This document shows positions 52,758 to 58,508 of a stretch of DNA of 58,508 nucleotides, in pieces. Position numbers and translations under genes: made by a program. The stretch spans positions 1 to 58,508 of the forward strand of contig NW_021833099.1 of assembly GCF_006345805.1 (NCBI RefSeq). Direction: 5' to 3'. The stretch is from Octopus sinensis (Eukaryota). The stretch's first letter is position 1; each line of letters begins with the position of its first letter. Under the pieces are notes generated by a model, which was given only the letters and a program-made list of their open reading frames with translations, was not told the origin of the DNA and made no database searches.

Positions 52758-53214
52758 ATTATATAATTAGGGCTTAGTAAAATAAATTACTTTGCCACAT
52801 ACTGAACTTAGTAGAAATAGCAGCCAAAAAAATTTTTTTAGCCATTTCCACTACTTAAAGAATATTTCTCTCAAATAATGTTTACTCCAGACAGCTCACG
52901 AACTTGTCGCCGAGAGGTAAAGTTCCTTCTTTTTAGTGTTTCCAAATCCAAATTAAGAAATTTTGAGCTGACGAAAGAAATGCTGATTTTATTTTGGCTA
53001 ATCTTGAAACGTTGACGTACTCAAACGATCTATGTACTTGTGATATTTTTCTGTATTTACCTCCAAACCTTCGTGAGCTGTCTGGAGTAAACATTATTTG
53101 AGAGAAATATTCTTTAAGTAGTGATAATGGCTAAAAAAATTTTTTTGGCTGCTATTTCTACTAAGTTCAGTATGTGGCAAAGTAATTTATTTTACTAAGC
53201 CCTAATTATATAAT
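52758..53214. mobile_element. Fold-back element with 145-bp inverted arms (143/145 identical)
   Basis: Arms 52758-52902 and 53070-53214 aligned by hand, with two adjacent mismatches. Confidence 0.9.
52962..53025 (+). ncRNA. Type-I hammerhead ribozyme, canonical core, predicted cleavage after GUA (53019)
   Basis: Stem I TTTGAG/CTCAAA; CTGACGA; stem II AAGA/TCTT plus GCTGA/TTGGC; GAAA; stem III ACG(TTGA)CGT; H17=A. Confidence 0.75.
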
Positions 53215-53299
53215 GTAATATTTTGAATTCGCCTTAAATGGTCCTTTTACATACTGAACACTTGGTGAAATTGATTAATTAATTTACACTCAATTGTTG

Positions 53300-53348
<49 letters not shown>

Positions 53349-53534
53349 CGAGTAACATCACACGTGCTTTTCGTGGACTTTTCTTTCTTTGAACCTTTCT
53401 TTTCTCCTCTTTTTTCCAGTTTTACCCCACTGAAGCTCTAAATGCATTGCAAATGTACGTTCTCATGTTGTTTTGTTATTATTCATTTTTAATGTTTGAT
53501 TATTAATGTTCAACTTTTGATGTTCAATTTTACT

Positions 53535-53571
<37 letters not shown>

Positions 53572-53632
53572 TAGTATATATATATATGTCGTATGTATGT
53601 ATGTAGGGATGGATGTATTGGATGTATATATT

Positions 53633-53681
<49 letters not shown>

Positions 53682-53836
53682 GTATATATATATATATATA
53701 TTTATATGCTAGAAAGGCTTGGACGGAAGAGACGATATAATTTATAGCGTTTTTAATTACATAACTGAGAGTGTGTGTGTATGTGTGTGTGCGTGTGTGC
53801 GCGTGTGTGCGTGAGTGCGTGTGTGTGTGCGGGTGC

Positions 53837-53873
<37 letters not shown>

Positions 53874-56590
53874 ATTCTGAAAATCTTTTCTTTAAGGTTA
53901 TCAAATACAAGTAAAAGTATACATAACAGCCCCTATAATAACGGGTTAAAATTCCCTTAGACAGACGGACGTCAACAGAAATCGAATCACTCGTCGGCAG
54001 AATACCCGCAACAACCGCTACAACACGGAAAACGTTTCTAAAATTTCCAGTATCCATATATTAGAATGATTATTCTAGCGAGAAAGTATTTAAATTTGCT
54101 TAGGTGTGGATGAAGCCTTGTAAAACGGGAAAATAATCCGTTTTAACAAGCTGTATATTATGGAGCATAGATTAGCGGGTTAAACGCACTTTAGACGGCA
54201 GATTGCGGATAGAACCGAAAGACGAGCTTGCCGTTTAACAGACGGCGTTGATGAATACATACATACTGACTGCTCCATGTTCACTAACGCATATGCGCAT
54301 GTACATACACATACACACACACCCACGCATATATACATGAGTATGTGTACATATATAATGAAATGAAATATAAATTTTAAAAATCAGTGATGAGATAAAG
54401 GCAATTTAGTGTAGATCAGAGCACTCCAAGATGTAAACTTTACTTCTTATCATTTTGAGATCGATGAATAAAATACCAGTCAAGTAGTGGTGTCGATTCT
54501 TTTTTCTTCCTCTCTCCTCCCCTTCTTTTCTCTCCTCTTCATCTCTGTCTTTTTCCCACGCTTTATCTCTGGAAAAAAATTCACTGCGTTCAGACCTAGA
54601 GACAGATGGCTCCTCTAGGTTTAAAATTCTTTTTGGCACGCCGTATGGCACTCGGGCGTCTTTACATCTCTTTTAAAAGTTAACGGCACTGTTCCACTTC
54701 ACATTATTCTCCTAGAATTCCCCTTCTTTTCCAGAAATTTAAACTAGTCAGGCCTTTCTGTTACGCACTTAATCCGTTTGTCTGTCCTTGTTTGTCCCCT
54801 CCATGTTTAACCCCTTGTGGGTAGTAAAGAAACAGATGGGGTGGGGAGTGAGTTTATCTCATTCAGTCAGAGGTCTCCACTATCTGTGAGCAGCAGCACT
54901 GTCTTAAATATGTGATCCCTACTTTAATGTTAGGCTCACTCTATAATGCAGAGTACCGTGGAGGAAATGCGTTAGCACTGTCTTTCAGAAAGAAACTTGC
55001 GATCCAAAATTTGTTCAAACGTTAGCTAATAAAGTGCACAAGTTAGCTATATTGTATCATATACAATATAACTGATAGTTCTGCTTTCATTAAAATTTAG
55101 GAAGTTGAAGAACCGTTGGTGTTTGATGTATTTCAGAAAATCTCCGCTAGACCTTGCTCTAAAAGAAACAAACTAATGGTTGGTGAGAAAGAAGAAAGAT
55201 TGGGAATACGTGAAACAAAAAGCCGATAAGGAATCAACAAAAAGTTAAACTTTCTCAGTATTTTTACTATTATTCCGATAGTTCTATTGTTTGTCCTGCT
55301 CAATTGTCTACAGTTTTGCCTGTATAGTCAATAATTATAAAATAGTTATAAATCTTAGCGTAGACAATATCCATGTATTATAGATGTGAATTCTAACTTG
55401 AGAAAAAAAAAAAAAGGCATGTTCGTGTTAAGATTTCGTGCACGTATTGCTTGACTCGAAGCAAAACACGTTACGTCTACTTTATGCGCAATACACGTGT
55501 TAATTAAACAGGTAAATAATTGCTCTCCCCATGAAACCAACTGAATAAATAATACAAGTGTTTCAGTTCGTTGTACTTCAAGAAATGCATGATTGTTTCT
55601 TTGACAAAGTTATGTAAGCGTTGGTCAAGTACAAACAGAAGTAGCGACCTTACTCTCTTCGACTATCGTTGATAAACCAGCTTTCTGGACATTTCATCTA
55701 CCTAGCATTGATACCAATGCTGTATAGCTGAGTGGTTAAACAAGTATCGAAGAAGGATCTGAGAGGTTGTCGGTTCGTATTCTGCCAATATAGTTTGTAA
55801 CTAAGAAAACTTAACTCACAATAGTTTTGTATAACAAGTTATAAAAAAGCCCAGCAGTATTGCCTTATTTGATGCATAGAGCTGTAAAAAAAAAACTAAG
55901 TACAAATAAATAATTGTACAGGGAAGAAAATAAATATTTTTTAATGGCTGTCATTAGATTAATTATTCGGCAAGTAGTGACATGTTTCAGTGTTATTAAA
56001 ACTCCCCAGTAGTATAATGATACCGCTGTATATTCTGAAGCAGTTATTTGAAGAATCCCTCAGTGGGTGGACAATATTTAATATGAGAAGACGTGAAAGT
56101 AAATATATTTTAGTGAATAAATTACTGACGTTGATTAATATTATATTTTCCTCACCTGGTAACTACTTCTAATTAACTTTTTAATACTGCAATAAATGTG
56201 AAAAAAATTGACTATTGTTTTTAAACAGGTCATTGGTGTTCCTGAATAATATCTCTGTGTAGTTCATTCTGTAATAAAGATACAGCGGTTTATCATGGAC
56301 GACATCGTATTTATTTTGGGTGCGCCGGTCTTTTCCAACACACAAAAAGGCTGACAGATAAACTTCATTGAACTTCATTGACTTCATTTAAAAGAGGTTT
56401 CATCAAATTGATTGACAAGAACTATTCATCAATTCACACCGGCCTCTAACTAACAGATGCGATGGAATGAGATTATTATTCGCCGACGAATCGGTGCAGC
56501 TAACTAGATATTCATTACGCTCGTGCATGCGAGCGCAGAAGTATTCAGATAGAGTGAGAGAGAGAGAGAAATAAAAAGGAGAGAGACATT

Positions 56591-56637
<47 letters not shown>

Positions 56638-56807
56638 TAACAATATAGGATGAAGTCCTTTTCTCTACAGAAAAGGATTCCATCAAAAAGCGTGGCAGTA
56701 TATTAAAAAAACCATTACGGTGAAGTATAAACATCTTATAATTAAGGGCTAAAGAAGGTTATTCTATAGCCAATACACTGATTTATTCACTTGTTGCTTA
56801 TTTGGAT

Positions 56808-56854
<47 letters not shown>

Positions 56855-56891
56855 ATCAAAATAAGCAACAAGTATATCCGAGGTAATGTGT

Positions 56892-56970
56892 AACGATCGT
56901 TTCATGCTACTTCATTTTATTAAACACTGTAAGCATTACATCAGTTTTAAAATGTTCGAGCAATCTTCAG
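56892..56970 (-). ncRNA. Two degenerate tandem hammerhead-like motifs
   Basis: Minus: CTGAAGA-TTGCTC-GAAC-ATT, then CTGATGTA-ATGCT..AGCAT-GAAACGATCGTT; stem I not supported. Confidence 0.3.
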
Positions 56971-57310
56971 TCACCTTTAGAAATTTTACAATCAAACGGA
57001 CAATGCACATTCTTATCCTATTTCGTTTGCCAACATTATAAAGAGAGGAGATATACAAACAGAGAGGTTTATTTCATTCTTAAGAACATGATAGCATTAA
57101 ATCTACTCTCTATAATGTTTATTTATTCGTGTGAAGTCTCGATGAGTTAGAAGATATTAGAGACATATTTATTCATAACTCGTCAACAAATACAATAACT
57201 GTGCGCTTTGTCAAATTAAGACAAACCACCGATGAATTTACTCACAAGGCAATGCGTCAAAAAACACTTTATGGCATAAAAAAAAATTGTAATTCTCTCT
57301 CTCCCTCATT

Positions 57311-57354
<44 letters not shown>

Positions 57355-57955
57355 GAACAATTTAAACACTCTGGATGAGCGACTTAGATTACTAGGGTTG
57401 TTCTTCAGTCAATTCTGCGAAGAAAGCCACGTGGTTGAACCAACATCGATGAATGTGCGTTTAGTTAGTGGGTAAATTTATTTTGCAACTTATCCAGGCA
57501 CACCATGTTGCACTGCACTACTTCAGCTTGAATATATTTGTGTGTGTGTGTGTGTGTGTGTTGTGTATGCGTGTGTATGTGAATGTACGTATGTATGTGT
57601 GTATGTATGTGTGCGCGTGCGTATATATGTATGCGTGTATGTGGGGAAATAAATTAAAAATTAAAATGCATAACTCACTTTTAATAACTGCTGAATCTTC
57701 GTTAGGTATATTAAATAACAAATAATAATTGTTTTATCCATTTCAGATATATTAAAAATTTTCTCATTTAATACAAACAAGTTTACAGTCTTCGAGCTAT
57801 TCACGGGGAATGGAATATTTCGCTTGTTGTACTTTTAAGTATCTCTAAAAGAACGTCAAACTTTGCATCGGTTGTCTTTGCATACGAGTATTCTTTGTAA
57901 CAAGGTACGCTACGACACAATAATTGTTTGACCAAATATTTAAGTGTGGCTTATA

Positions 57956-58355
57956 TCTTTGTATATAAAAGTGAGGTTTGTGTGCTGTCTGTCTCCTACG
58001 ATTTAGATTCCTAAACTACTCCCACATTTGCGGTGCAGTTTAACCAAAACCGGGTATCTTATAGTCACGATTTATATCGAGCCCTTCTGGGTATTAGCGC
58101 ACGTCTACGATGAGTTTACGATTTAAAAAAAAATTTACCATTATTTTTTCCATTTTAATGCATTTTGTCGCTATTATATAAGGGAAGTAACTCTCTAAAA
58201 ATGTCTACGATGAGTCAACGATTTAAAAAACAATTTACCATCATTTTTTTTCCATTTCAATGCATTTTTTTGCTATTTTTTGGCTATAACTCTCTAAAAA
58301 TGCTTATATAGTTATTTCCTTTACAAACCCGAGCAACGCCGGGCGATACTGCTAG
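57956..58355 (+). mobile_element. Non-autonomous Helitron (family H1), 400 bp
   Basis: A|TCTTTGTATATAAAAG..CCCGAGCAACGCCGGGCGATACTG-CTAG|T. Confidence 0.85.
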
Positions 58356-58508
58356 TTCTTAGTAAATTTGTTTTTCCTTTCGATGTTGCTCTGTGGCTGA
58401 ATATTCAAAATTAGTAAATTCATTCCCGCACCATGTTAATCTGCACACATTCCTCGCATTGTTACTCGCAGGTTACTCTATGAAGTTTTTTCATTATTTA
58501 CTTGATAT

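Noticed and set aside
57745-57902. Possible exon between acceptor-like CAG and AAG|GTACGC
   Set aside because: Stops occur in all frames for the plausible boundaries; no homology recognised.

Overview
This is a very AT-rich, repeat-saturated eukaryotic region, probably intronic or intergenic. The SINE, MITE and microsatellite families resemble those I recall from octopus (coleoid cephalopod) genomes; that assignment is an inference. No intact host protein-coding gene is supportable, and most ORFs in the track are translations of (TA)n, (TACA)n, (GATA)n and triplet microsatellites. Real coding signal is transposon-derived: a near full-length frameshifted R4/Dong non-LTR retrotransposon in (TAA)n (27378-31354), a 5'-truncated Tx1/L1-clade LINE in (TATC)n (24281-25883), HERO-like and older Dong-like fragments, and two Tc1/mariner transposase remnants. 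There are dozens of tRNA-headed SINEs, three ~400-bp non-autonomous Helitrons and several MITEs. The most unusual signals are: (i) a type-I hammerhead ribozyme with a canonical core in the loop of a 145-bp near-perfect inverted repeat (52758-53214); (ii) at least seven copies of two short elements carrying minimal hammerhead-like motifs with variant cores; (iii) a ~550-bp non-coding TAA-inserting element that may be a non-autonomous partner of Dong/R4; (iv) recurrent SINE-into-SINE dimers sharing one junction. All structures and alignments were read by eye, so boundaries of degenerate copies are approximate.
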